Part shown: positions 13,150 through 25,270 of the stretch, piece by piece
How positions within the stretch are numbered: position 1 is the first letter of the stretch
Layout of the letters: every line of letters starts with the position of its first letter
DNA from: Octopus sinensis
Taxonomy: Eukaryota
DNA length: 64,000 nucleotides
Assembly (NCBI RefSeq): GCF_006345805.1
Contig: NC_043006.1
Span: 33,418,001 to 33,482,000 of the forward strand
Reading direction: 5' to 3'
Notes under the pieces: generated by a model
The model's database searches: none
What the model was told of the DNA's origin: nothing
What the model saw: only the letters and a program-made list of their open reading frames with translations
Program-made: the position numbers and the translations under genes

Positions 13150-14780
13150 CCCCCGAGTTCCCATGAATGTTCTTTGGACATCGTAATGCAGAACAGCGTT
13201 GAGTTTTGTTTCATGTCTTCATTTAACTGGGTGACTCTTCAACTCCACCGAAGACCTATTCGAACAGCATATTCATCAGCTTTTTCAGAATCTGACGCAG
13301 TGCTGGATTATCATCAACCCTATTAAGTGCTATTTTGGGGATTCTTTCCTTGACTTTTCTTTGTGATTTCATCAATGGTGGCGGGATCCGATCACTCAAA
13401 GACAAAGTGAAATTCATCTTAGATTTTCCAGCTCTTATATCATTTTGTGAGCTGAAGGAATTTGTGGGACTGGTCGACTTTTAGCGGTGTTTTATCCCCC
13501 TTTGTGCTTGTGACAGGCAACGTCCGTAAACACCGTCTCTCTACACACGAAATGAACTTGATTCATTCAATTCAGACATTAAACCAAGTTTAAACCATCC
13601 AAACATGACTTTGTCAGGGACTGATGAAGTCAACAAACAATTAGCCATTTAGGTCTCTGGTGGAAATATGAATAAAGTTTTTTTTATCAGTGGATTCGCT
13701 GACCGGCGAAAACACAACAGACCCAGCAGATTCTTAACTCATTAAAATCCAGTTGTTTCAAAAAACTTAATTTTACGGGATAAATAATATATTGGAATGT
13801 CAGTAACGCTTTTATCTTTGGCGCCCTCTCATTGACAGACGATTACGGTATATGAAGATCGTTTGTCTAGTAACTGACCAATGGTCGTGATACAGCCGAA
13901 GTCTACTTATTTGTAGAAACTTACGCCACTCTCACGGCTACGACGAAATTCGCCGACTACAATAATCCACTATCATTGCTAACACATACACATCATCCAC
14001 GGACGTACATGAACTGATTTGCTTGGGATAAACATCTTTTCTGCCATTGGCCGCAACGGCAATATATTTTTGATAATAAAAAAATTTGTATTTGGACTTC
14101 ACACAGAATTTTGTTCTTCTGTTAACCAATCGAATATCCATTCGTTACATACTGAAATCACTCAGTCAGTAATAAACAAACTCCAGGATCACAAAAAGAA
14201 CCATCTTATTACCTTTCAAGAGAGCTTGTATTACCTCGTTCGTGAAGGTCAGAGTCATGTTACCCGAGGTTACTCAACTCATTCACTGCAAACCTGACGC
14301 ACCACTAAACTTGTTTTGGGACCCTTCAGTGAGATTCTTCAGCAGCGAGATGATGAAGTTTGGCAGCCTTTTTTGTCACAAAACCCCTCCAACCAGCTCA
14401 AATCAAGTATCATACCTTCGGTCAAGGCTTGTTGGCTACATATCTGCCTTCAGAGGTCTTGAACAGATCGTTTGTCTGGAAAACGTTTGAGTTTCCGAAA
14501 TCCGTCCTCTTCTTTGAATTTTTCAGCTTGTATATCCCCCTGCCCCTCCACCCCACACAACCTCATCCACTAGTCTTGACTGGTGTGATGTTTCCACCGG
14601 TCACGAAAATCATTACCTTCCTCAGAAGCACTGTCATAAAGTCTTTTTGCATTCAATTGACCGTTACAACCTGGTGCCAACATAACGCCGAAATGGATAT
14701 TGACCTAAAATCCGGCATACGCAACTGAGACAGTATTTAATTAAAATGGCCATCAATGTATCATACTTAATGTATATACA
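13150..14780 (+). mobile_element. Ty3/Gypsy LTR-retrotransposon pol remnant (RT and RNase H)
   Basis: EFP*MFFGHRNAEQ (MPFGLRNA), EQHIHQLFQNLTQCWIIINPIKCYFG, LKEFVGLVDF*RCFIP and AAFFVTKPLQPAQIKYHTFGQGLLATY (RNase H: PLAFFSKKL..YSTFDRELLA). No LTR pair identified. Confidence 0.8.
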
Positions 14781-16105
14781 CTGTTGATATGCCAGCTACT
14801 GCAGTATTTGACAAGAGATAACATCTCCTCTGGAGTTGCTTTGTTAGGAAACAATAAATATAGCGAAATGAAAATTTGACCCAGCAGCGGCCAGCGAGAG
14901 CGCCAGATGCATTTCGACCTTCATCAACGAATGTTTATTCACGTTTTTCTATATCAGAGACAATGAATTCTCATTCAGGTATGTGACAAGGTCTAATTAA
15001 GCGCTATTGAAAAGGCCCCAAATAGCGTCTCGTACTTTTGTTGGGCGCTACTGGGATGACTCCCCACCCGCTCTCTGATATTTGTTGTGTTTTTATCACA
15101 GTTAGTCCTTAAGAGATGTTATCTCAAGATAAACATGGCAGTAACTGACCTATCGACAGTGTATGTATATTAAATGATACATCGATGGCTATTTTAATAT
15201 CGATCAGTTTCGTCTGGACTTGTCTCGACAGAATATTCAGTCGTGAATGGAATCAAAAGTCGGGAGACACCGTTCCATCACATGGTTTTAGCACATTCAC
15301 ATTCGTTTTATTGTTCTAATGCTTCCTTCTTGGAATTTCACCTCAGTATTAACCTGCATCAATCGGTTTACCAGGTGATCTGAAACTGTCCCGCGAACAG
15401 ATATCGTGACTGAGACAATCTCGAAAACCCAGATGAAAAAAAAAATCTTTTGCTCGCTGCGGTACGTCTGCTACCACACAACGGACCGAGGGCTGTAATT
15501 CGAACCACATCTCTTTCTAGTATTAATTCGTCTTCTGCGATTCATTTATTTTTCAATAACATTAGCAATGAATAAGTTAATGAAAACAGGAAAACCGATG
15601 TCTTTTAGCAAAGGAAAAAGACCGGAATATATTGAGATGAAGTATAGGTGACATAATCGATTTATCGTATCTTGAAAGGATAAAGATTACGCTGGGCCTT
15701 GGACACAGGACATAGAGCGACGAACTTAAATGATGTAAACCCATAACGACGATCAACTTCTCTTTACAACGGAAAATAAGATTTTCAATATTTCCAAGCT
15801 ATATTGGAGTTATCTCCCCTTTTTTGTTCATCAAATTTTAATTACATTCGCTTTATTAAAAAAAGAAAAAAAGCTAAAAAGTAAAAATAATGCTAGTTAA
15901 TTACTAGCATTATTTGCGGAAAGCGCTGAATTTCAGTTTCTGTGAATATATTTTGTCGGCAGTACAAAATATTTGCGATAGATTTGATCAAATAGGAAAA
16001 ATTAGTAAATAAATTCATTCAAAAGATCTAATGTGTTTCATACGGTGTAAATGCAAAGAATTTGGTTTGCAATCGCAATGAATTTCTTTAACAGCTGAGC
16101 AATAT

Positions 16106-16322
16106 CGTGGCACTCCGTCGGTTACAACGACGAGGGTTCCAGTAGATCCGATCAACGGAACAGCCCGCTTGTGAAATGAACGTGCAAGTTGTTGAGCACT
16201 CCACAGATACGTGTATCTATTTTCGCTCAACAAACACTCACAATGCCCGGTCTGAGAATCGAAACTACGATCCTATGACCGCGAGTCCGCTACCCTAACC
16301 ACTGGGCTATTGCGCCTCCACA
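16106..16322 (-). mobile_element. tRNA-derived SINE (family D), internally deleted
   Basis: Reverse complement of the 10431 copy; flanking cagctgagcaata / cagccgagcaata TSD. Confidence 0.88.
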
Positions 16323-17244
16323 GCCGAGCAATAATTAAAGACAGTGTTATCACCATTTGATGCCCGCTTTTCCGCGTTTGCATAGATTAGACGGAATTTG
16401 TTTAGGCAGATTAATTGCTGGAAGGCCCTTTCTGTCACTAACCACCACCGGTTTCCAAATAAGGTAATATTTCCCCGAAGCCTGACACGTTTTTACGTAC
16501 AAGGCGCTCGAAACGGACAACTATGCTTTTATGATGTTGTACATTTACCACTGCATGTCAACACACACACACACACACACACTTACACACATGCGCGCGC
16601 ACACACAGATTCTTCACCACTACTACCACCACCATCCTCCTCCTCCTCCTTTAACGTCTGTTTTCTATGCTGGCATGGGTTGATCCATTCAAAAGGCTTT
16701 GGTCAATCTGGGTCTATAGTTGAAAATACCCATTCAACGTGTCACATGCATTAATAAATCAAGTTATATCCATGGCAGGTTCAACTGACATCCATCCAGT
16801 TGTAAAACTGTTTCAAGTTTTCAATGGTTCTCCATTATTATTAATAGCACTACCCAACAGGTTGTAAGCTGTTTGTCTGGTTGAAGGGTGGGAAAATCGC
16901 TTTTAAAGTTTCTGTTACCAAAACTTTCAAAAGCAGTAGTTCTCAACCATTTTAATAGCTGGGTCAGATCCAAAACCTGGATTTTTTTCAGGGGGCCTCA
17001 CAAAAAAACAAAAGTAAAACAAGGCAATTAAAGAAACATTTATTATATTTAATGGGAGTAGACCATTGAGGGCTGCTAGAAGAATGCTTGAAGGGCTGTG
17101 GATGAGAACTGCTGTTCTATAGAGACAATCAATACGAGTGTGAACTTTGCTATAAGTCTAACCATAAGTAATGTTGAAACATCTTTTAATTTTCAATCGA
17201 CACTGATTCTTAACTCTTACTAGTATTGTCAGATTTTTTTTTTT

Positions 17245-17603
17245 TGTGGGGGCACACTGGCTTAGTGGTTAGGGCAGTGGACTTGAGGTCGTAGGATCGC
17301 GGTTTTGATTCCCAAACTGGGTGTTGTGAGTGTTTATTGAGTGAAAACACCTAAAGCTCCACAAGGCTCTGGCAGGGGGTGGTGGCGAATCCTGCTGTAC
17401 TCTTTCATCACAACTTCCTCTCACTCCTTCCTGTTTCTGTTGTACCTGTATTTCAAAGGGCCAGCCTTGTCACACTCTGTGTTACGCTGAATATCCCCAA
17501 GAACTACGTTAAGGGTACACATGTCTGTGGAGTGCTCAACCACTTGCAGGTTAATTTCACGAGCAGGCTGTTCCATTGTCGTCGTAACTGACGGAGTGCT
17601 ACG
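17245..17603 (+). mobile_element. tRNA-derived SINE (family D), CpG-decayed
   Basis: Colinear with the 10431 copy; TSD-like attgtcag on both sides. Confidence 0.88.
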
Positions 17604-17689
17604 ATTGTCAGTTTTAATAGCAAATAAATTTTTAATGTTTAATTTCTTTTCTAGTGGATTTTTTTGTTTTTTGTTTTTCAAAGCATCTA

Positions 17690-17940
17690 CAATTCCAAAC
17701 TACCTGCACCAGTTGTTAGTCGCCAAGACATTGCATCCTTTAAAACCTCCATGCTTCCTGAAATTCACCAACACTACACCTGATATCCCCCCCACCTCCA
17801 TACACATGTATATCATGACTCTTACACTGTTCACTTTCTTGTCATTTGTCCATAATTCTATGTACTGCACATGCACCTTTGATGAGTTGTAGTGCACCTG
17901 AGCACTATACACAATAATTTCATTATCATTATTATTATAA
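17690..17940 (+). mobile_element. CR1/L2-like LINE 3' tail
   Basis: Ends ..KTSMLPEIHQHYT* followed by a 3' UTR and (TAT)n tail; second copy at about 47750-47885. Confidence 0.6.
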
Positions 17941-19603
17941 TTTTCTAAAAGTGCCAATCAAATTATCTTATATCTTAGCTTGATACTGTGTGGACTAAGA
18001 TCCCTGTTGATAGGCCAATGGTATGCAAATTAGTTGCACTCATTCACTGGAGCTACTTGACAACCAGTGATGGTTTGTTTATGGCCTATAACTTAGTGGT
18101 TTAGCGAAAAAGACCAATAGGATAAGTACCAGGCTTTGAAAAAATAAGGGCTGGGTTAGATTCATTTGAGACAGTGCTCCAGAATGGCTGCAGTCCAATG
18201 ATTGAATCAAGTAAAAGATAAAAGAAGATATACTAATCCTTTATCTAAATTTCAGGTTCTGGTAAGCTGATGCAAGAACACTCTCTACCTGGCTAGGAAG
18301 CTAATCTGTCTCAAGTAGCAATTCATGTGAGAATAACTGAAGCTGGATTTTTAATTGTAAAGAATTCAACTGTAACAATACTGTTGCCAGTTACAGCTAC
18401 AACATTGATTTATACACACTTGAGTTATGTACATAGGAACCAATAGGAACTCAATGCAATGCTGGTTATAAAGTATGAATTGCTGGCTTTTTGTCTGATA
18501 TTCTGTCAACTTGGAAATCAACAGACTCTGTAGATACACTTGAAAGCAGAATAGAAATGTCAAATTCCTTGAAGATCAACAATCTCCTCTTGTGAACAAT
18601 TCTAAAAATTTGTTTTTATTATCAGCCCTGGACATTTGGGCTGATACAACAATTTCAATATGTTGATGAAAAGAAAGGGTGTGGACATTGTTGAAGTCAG
18701 GGTAAAGCTTGTGCATAAATAAATGATGTGCTGGGTATGGGTATGACTTGAAACTGCATCTGGTTGTGGGCCCCAGATTCAGGATATTGAGGAGAGTGGC
18801 ACCACCTCTTAGTCACTCTTGTTGTCAGGTCTACACTGACACAGAGTAGTAGCCACTGTTAGGGTCCCAGCGATGGGTCAATTAATAAATCATGGCATTG
18901 CCTTCCAAAGAAGGCCACTCACAGACACATCAATAGACTCAGGGTAGATCAGGCCCTTCAGCTCTTTGCTCATCTAAGAGAAGGTAACTCCATACAAATC
19001 CTTTATCCTCATAAATACTGGACTCATGGTACTTGTTGCATTAGACCAATACAAGTTTGAAGGATGAAAGAGTGCACAGACCATGCCCACTGTAATAATA
19101 AACCCCTGCTGTCTTGTGGGGTAATTAATTCAAGACTCTAAGGCAGATATGTACAGCTATACTTAACAAATATCCATCATCACCTGCAGCTCTATGGATG
19201 CTGCAAACATATTGACTTATCTTTCCTTCATGGCATATCCATGAGAGGTGGTAAGGGTATTTGAGAGTAAGCAAGTATACTTACCACATATAGAAACAGC
19301 CCAAGTACAGCAAAAGTGGTTCAATTACTGCCTCTGCAATTCTGTCAGCCAATAATGAAAAAAGCCAACCAAACCAAATAAATGACATTTATGGTGCTCT
19401 TTCATGTTTTGTTCTTGGTTATCCATATCTAAAAGTAGGAATTCATAACAACCCCCATCTTCCCTATTAGCATTACTTTCTATGTCATTTTTGGTCTCTT
19501 TAATGATAAACATTGCGTGTGCCTGAATATCTCTGTGTTGCTCATTATAAATTTAAAGTATATTTTTTTTGTTACTGTCCTTGTTTACTTGTTTCTCTCA
19601 TTG

Positions 19604-20275
19604 TACACAGACATGCAGGAAGTAAATAGACACCTTTAATTTTCGAAATTTCTGATCTAAGTGTCTTAATATGTTTTCAGCGGTGTAGAATTTACAATGT
19701 AATTATTCTTTTTCATTCCAGGTGCCATTATGTTAAACAGTTGCGAAGAGTAACCATGCTGCACACAAAAAATTCAGCAGAACTGTCAGATTTTCAAAGA
19801 GGTCGTATTGTTGGGCAATCTGTAGCTGGTCTTAGCCAGTGAAATATTGCTGAAAATCTTCAAATACCTCTTGCTACTGTTAATAGAATTATAGTGCAAT
19901 TCAAAAGCCAACGAAAAGAATCAACAGATTCTCGTCCTGGCCGACCTGGGCCCTTGGAAAGGAAGCTTCGCTATTTGAAGAGAATTGTGTAAAACAAACC
20001 CTGTTCGAAGGCCTCCGATATTGCAAAACAGCTAGAAGTCCAAGAATGTGTGTTACATATCTGCATAAGCTTGGGTATTATGAACGAGCAGCTAGAAGAA
20101 AACCTCTCTTTCAACCAATTAATATCACGAAAAGGAAGAAATGGGCTAAGGAGGTGTCAGAAATATCCAGTTCATTTGGGGATAGAGTGATTTTCTCAGC
20201 TGAATCCAGATTTGCATTATTTTCAGACAGCAGACGTGTTTGGGTCTGGAGGCTTCCCAATCAGCCTAATTGAAT
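19604..20275 (+). mobile_element. Tc1/mariner transposase remnant, 3'-truncated
   Basis: From ATG 19756: [54 protein letters not shown] (paired-like HTH, GRP), then after a frameshift [44 protein letters not shown] (first DDE aspartate mutated). Left boundary uncertain. Confidence 0.88.
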
Positions 20276-22591
20276 AATATTATCAGAAAGTGTTGAAATT
20301 GTAAGGAATTTTGGTTGGTAACTGACGAAGGTTTCACCATGTCCACATATATTGTGGATTTTTCCATATGTTCCTTTGTTATCTCCTTGTATTATGTTTT
20401 TATTATATATATATATATATATATCAAATTAAATACACAACCAAGAGAGCTCTGTTTATACGTTATATTTAAAGAAATTTTCTGTTCCTTATTTTCTTGG
20501 ATTTTAATTCAGTTTTAGGAACAAAAGTTGCTGAACTGTGAGTTGTATGGTAACTGTTAACAGATCAAAATTTCTTTTAATTTCACTATGGGATAAAGTG
20601 TGTAACTAATGATGTTAATAAACTCGTTTTTATCATATATTCTCCATCTTTGGTCATCTGTACTAGCTGCATAAATGCTTGAAGTTTAGTACCTTCCTAG
20701 ACTTGGCTCCCTGGATTGTATGTCCCTATTACAACATAAAGTACTGTTCTGTTATACATGGGATCTACAAAAGAAGAGTACTCCATCTAGTGAGAAATAA
20801 ATATCATTTAATACAGGCCTCACAAGGGCTAGGACCAAGACCATTTGGCATTATGTTGGGCTTTGAGCATTGGACCTCATGGAGGCAATGACCAAGTCCA
20901 TTTGGCATTATGCTGTGTTTGAGAAGACACATCAAGCCAAGTAAAACTGCAGTCATGGCAGATACTGGTATCACACAAATGGGCCCATTACACTCTCGGA
21001 GTATTTGGCATTAGGAAGGGCATCCAGCTGTAGAAACCATGCCAAAACAGACTGGAGTCTGATGCAGCCTTCCAGCCCAGGTCAAACCGTCCAACCCATG
21101 GTCATTAAATGATAATGACGATACACAGGATTTAAATGCAAGCTACTATAAGTTGTGTCCCTTTGAACTGTTAGAATGGGAATTAATAATTCTTGGTGTA
21201 ATTAATTTAAAGAGAAAAGGTTAAAGTTCGTGGTGTTTTCCAGTTTGATAATAGAAACTTATCCAAATGCTTACATTTAGTGAAAATTTCAGATCTAGAA
21301 TTCAGTAAATCAGTGGAGTTCTTAGATTGCTAGTTAACTTGATGATTTTCTTGAAAGAAGACTGGTCGTTGGTATGTCATTTGTTAATGTTACTTTCACA
21401 TAGCCTAATAAACGTTTGAGTTTCATTATTTTGTAGAACTGAGGTAAATTTCAGCTTCTTCAAACACTGAACTAACCTTACAGTATTAAGGCACCTACTG
21501 TGACTTACATATAATAATATCTTTCATGTTGGAGCAGCAGTTGCAAGAAACTTTCACTGAACATCTATTAAAAATTTTATACCTAAGGCTATCCGGGACA
21601 TGCTTATGTATCAAGGCATGGAATTTTCTACATACATTAGTTTTAACATTCAAAGATTAGCAGGTGACAGGCAGGCAAACCATATAATCCTCGTAGGAGG
21701 ATTATCCAGTCCCACCAGTCCCACTCTCTTGTTCTTCAAACATGGATTAGTTGGGTGCAATAAGTGCCACATGTCCAGTTGTTTGTTATTAGGCTGCAGG
21801 ATTTGTATGGAGTTATTTTCTCTTAGATGAGCAACAAAAAATAAAAAGACCTCTTCTGCCCTGGATCTGTGTGGGGTGTTTGTGAGTGACCATCCAATAG
21901 ATAATTCCATGACAAGCTCATTAACCCATAGCTGGGCTCCTGGAAGGCACTACTACTTCAGATCAGAGTAGATCTCGTAACAACAGTGGCTGAGAGGTGG
22001 TTTCTGTGCTTGCATGGGCCAAACAAAACTTGTTGAGGCAGAGTTTCTACGGCTTGCTCAATGCCCTGTCACCAACTCTTACCTGTTTCAGGTCAGTTTC
22101 TGTTTACCAAATCCACTCAAGGATTTGGTTGTACTGGCTACAGTAGAAGACACTCACTCAGTACTGCATAGTAGAACTGAACCCAAGACCACATGGTTAG
22201 GAAGCAAGCTTTCTTAATCACATAGCCATGCATATACACACTCATATATATATTCTGAGACCCCCTTCGGCCACAACACTGACCATGGGATTGCACCTAG
22301 AAAATTACCCTCCCAGGCACAAGTCCAGGCAAGGTTGTTTATGGAAGACCAGCAGTTGCCCATGCATACCGGCTTCCTCTCTCAACGCCACCAGTGTTAT
22401 CCAAGGGAAAGGCAAGGGCTGATACAGCTTAGCACCTGTGATGTCACAACTCATTTCTACAGCTGAGTGAACTGGAGCAACGTGAAATAAAGCGTCTTGC
22501 TCAAGAACACAACATGCACCCCAGTCCAGGATTCAAGCTTACAACCTCATGATCGTTGGCTCGACACTCTAACCACTGAGCCATGTGCCTT

Positions 22592-22635
<44 letters not shown>

Positions 22636-22820
22636 CATACACACACACACATACACACACATACATATATATATGTGGTTGGCGTTAGGAAGGGCATCCA
22701 GCTGTAGAAACACTGCCAGATCTGACTGGCCTGGTGCAGCCTTCGGGCTTGCCAGACCCCAGTTGAACCGTCCAACCCATGCTAGCATGGAAAACGGACG
22801 TTAAACGATGATGATGATGA

Positions 22821-22855
<35 letters not shown>

Positions 22856-23229
22856 CAGACAATTGGAGCCTAGTGCAGCTCTCCAGCTTTTGTCACATTG
22901 TCCAACTCATGCCAACATGGACAAAAGATGTCAAATGACGTGATATACATATGTACATTCGCACATCACACATGATGGGCTTCTTCCCTATTTCTTTCTA
23001 TCAAAGTTTTCCACACAAAATTAGATAATTCGGGGAGATAATAAAAGACCCTTGCCAAAAGTGCTACATAGTGGAATCGAACTTCTTAACCACACAGCTG
23101 AGTTTGATTGCTGACTCAGTCAGTCATTAGATGAACAATATTATACACCCAAGCAAGCATCTTCAATGAAATTTATAACCATCACAATGTTATGAATGCA
23201 TTCAAAAGAAAACAAAAACAAAAATAAAT

Positions 23230-23817
23230 ATATATATATTTGAAGGCTAATTCCAAATATTTTATTTTTCTAAGATTAATGAATTAATAAAAAAAAAATT
23301 AAAAACAGGGTCATTCATTTTTTTTTTTTAAACCCTGCATTCAATTCCTTTGGCTGTACATCACAAAATATATATGTATGCATGGAATTTCTCCTTTTAA
23401 ATTCTAAATATAGATGTAAGTATATATATATATTATATATATGCATAATTATATACACACACAGACAGTGAGAGAAAAAGCTTATTTTTTCTGTTTATAC
23501 AATTCATATACAAATTTATTATCTCTCTTCAAAAATTTACTAAATAGTTAAAACTATATATATATATATATATATATATATTAGTTGCATCACCAAATTA
23601 GTGGCTTGGCATATTAACAGCCACTAGAACTAACAATGTTCCCCATTTTGGAAGAAGCTTAGATTCTCTTTGAGCTGCCTAAATCAAGTAAAATACATCC
23701 AAAAAAAGGCAAATGTCTTTTGGCAGCTGCTAATGAGTTAGAAAACTAATTTTTTCAAGGGAAGAAATATTCTATTTCAGAAATATACAATGTGAAACAA
23801 CTGTTTATTTACATTTA

Positions 23818-23850
<33 letters not shown>

Positions 23851-25225
23851 AAAGAAAAAAAAGAAACACTTCATTCAATTTAATATCACTAGAATAAATT
23901 GTTTAAATGTATTTTTGATGCCCTTAATCAGTTTTCATTTCTATTGAAAAGTGTGTGTGTGTGTGTGTGTGAACAAGCATTTACCTAATCATTAATTAAA
24001 GAACGAACAGAATTGCTCAAATTCTGAAGATCTCCCAAATCAAGGTGTATCAAAAAAAAAAAAAAAGGAATTAAAGAATATCTTGATTTGTCACTTATTT
24101 TAATGTTTGTATATTTATTTTTTATTGTTATCATTTTATATATCTTAACAGAGCAATCAAAATAAGATATTTTGTACCAACATTTATTTCCCCCAAAATG
24201 TTCCCACTTAAAATATTAAAGTGACAGAATTAGAAAAGACCAATGTCACTGACAGAAATGGTAAAGTGCTGCACATAATAATGCCTGGCAGGATTTAGCC
24301 TCATTCCTTGTGTTCAGTGTCTAGATTCTACCAAAGCCAAACTTTATTTTCATTATTTCAGAATTAATAAAATAAGTGACAGTCAATTACTAGAAATGAT
24401 TAAATTAATTACATGCCTCTCCTCCAATAGAAAAAAAAAATGGTTAAAAGTCATTATTTGATAAATTAATAGATTAATGTTGTGCTAATTAGTTTTGATT
24501 TCTTTTGATTAGCCGCAGGGAAATAATTTCTGTTGAAGAAATTTAGAAGTTTGACTTGAACCCAGTCTATTACTGGTGGTTGTTTTATCAATCCTCTCTT
24601 TCTTGAGAAATAGAAAATGGAATTTAGTTTTGGTTGGATCTGGTTTTAGAAACAAGAGAGGAAGAAACTGATAACCCTAATGCATTCTTCCTCCATACAC
24701 TTCTCTTAAAACCATCTCTGTTATGTTAATCAATGATGTCACACGACAAAGTCCACACATCTAAACTGCTTCCACTTTGCAAATGTACTTTACAACCAAT
24801 CCTAAAGTTCCCATAAAAAAATCAAATGTTTTAGTAAAAAAAAACCAAACAAAAAACATCTTTGCACAAAAAATCCAGAAAGGTTTTGAATTTCATCAGA
24901 AATATTAAATTTTGAAATAACCTTCATTACCGTATTAAGATTAAGAAAATGGCTTATGAAATGTGGAAAAATTTGGAAAAGGGAGATCATCAGTCTGTTG
25001 ATGTTTTTATAATGGATTTAAATGTCAGAGTTTAAGAATTTATAAATATGTATTTAAAAAACAATAAGACATACACACACACTTTTTTCAGTTAAAAAAA
25101 AAAAAAATCAAAAACATTTTTTGCTGTTTTGTTCTGTTCAGCAGTATATAGTTAAACACTGTATCAATACTTTTCCTGAATAATATTAATGACATCCCTG
25201 TCTTGATTAAAGCTAGTATGGAAAA

Positions 25226-25270
<45 letters not shown>

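Noticed and set aside
12576-13166. Longest ORF in the track (196 aa, + strand)
   Set aside because: It is the antisense shadow of the minus-strand LINE endonuclease remnant and shows no recognisable protein motif.
14813-15124. 13-bp inverted repeat gagataacatctc / gagatgttatctc about 300 bp apart
   Set aside because: Short, with no TSD and no second copy in the window; cannot be called a MITE or LTR end.
18256-21443. Micro-exon-like ag|6 nt|gtaag (18256-18261) and ag|7 nt|gtaaa (21437-21443) on the + strand
   Set aside because: No host reading frame was found, and such motifs arise by chance in AT-rich DNA.
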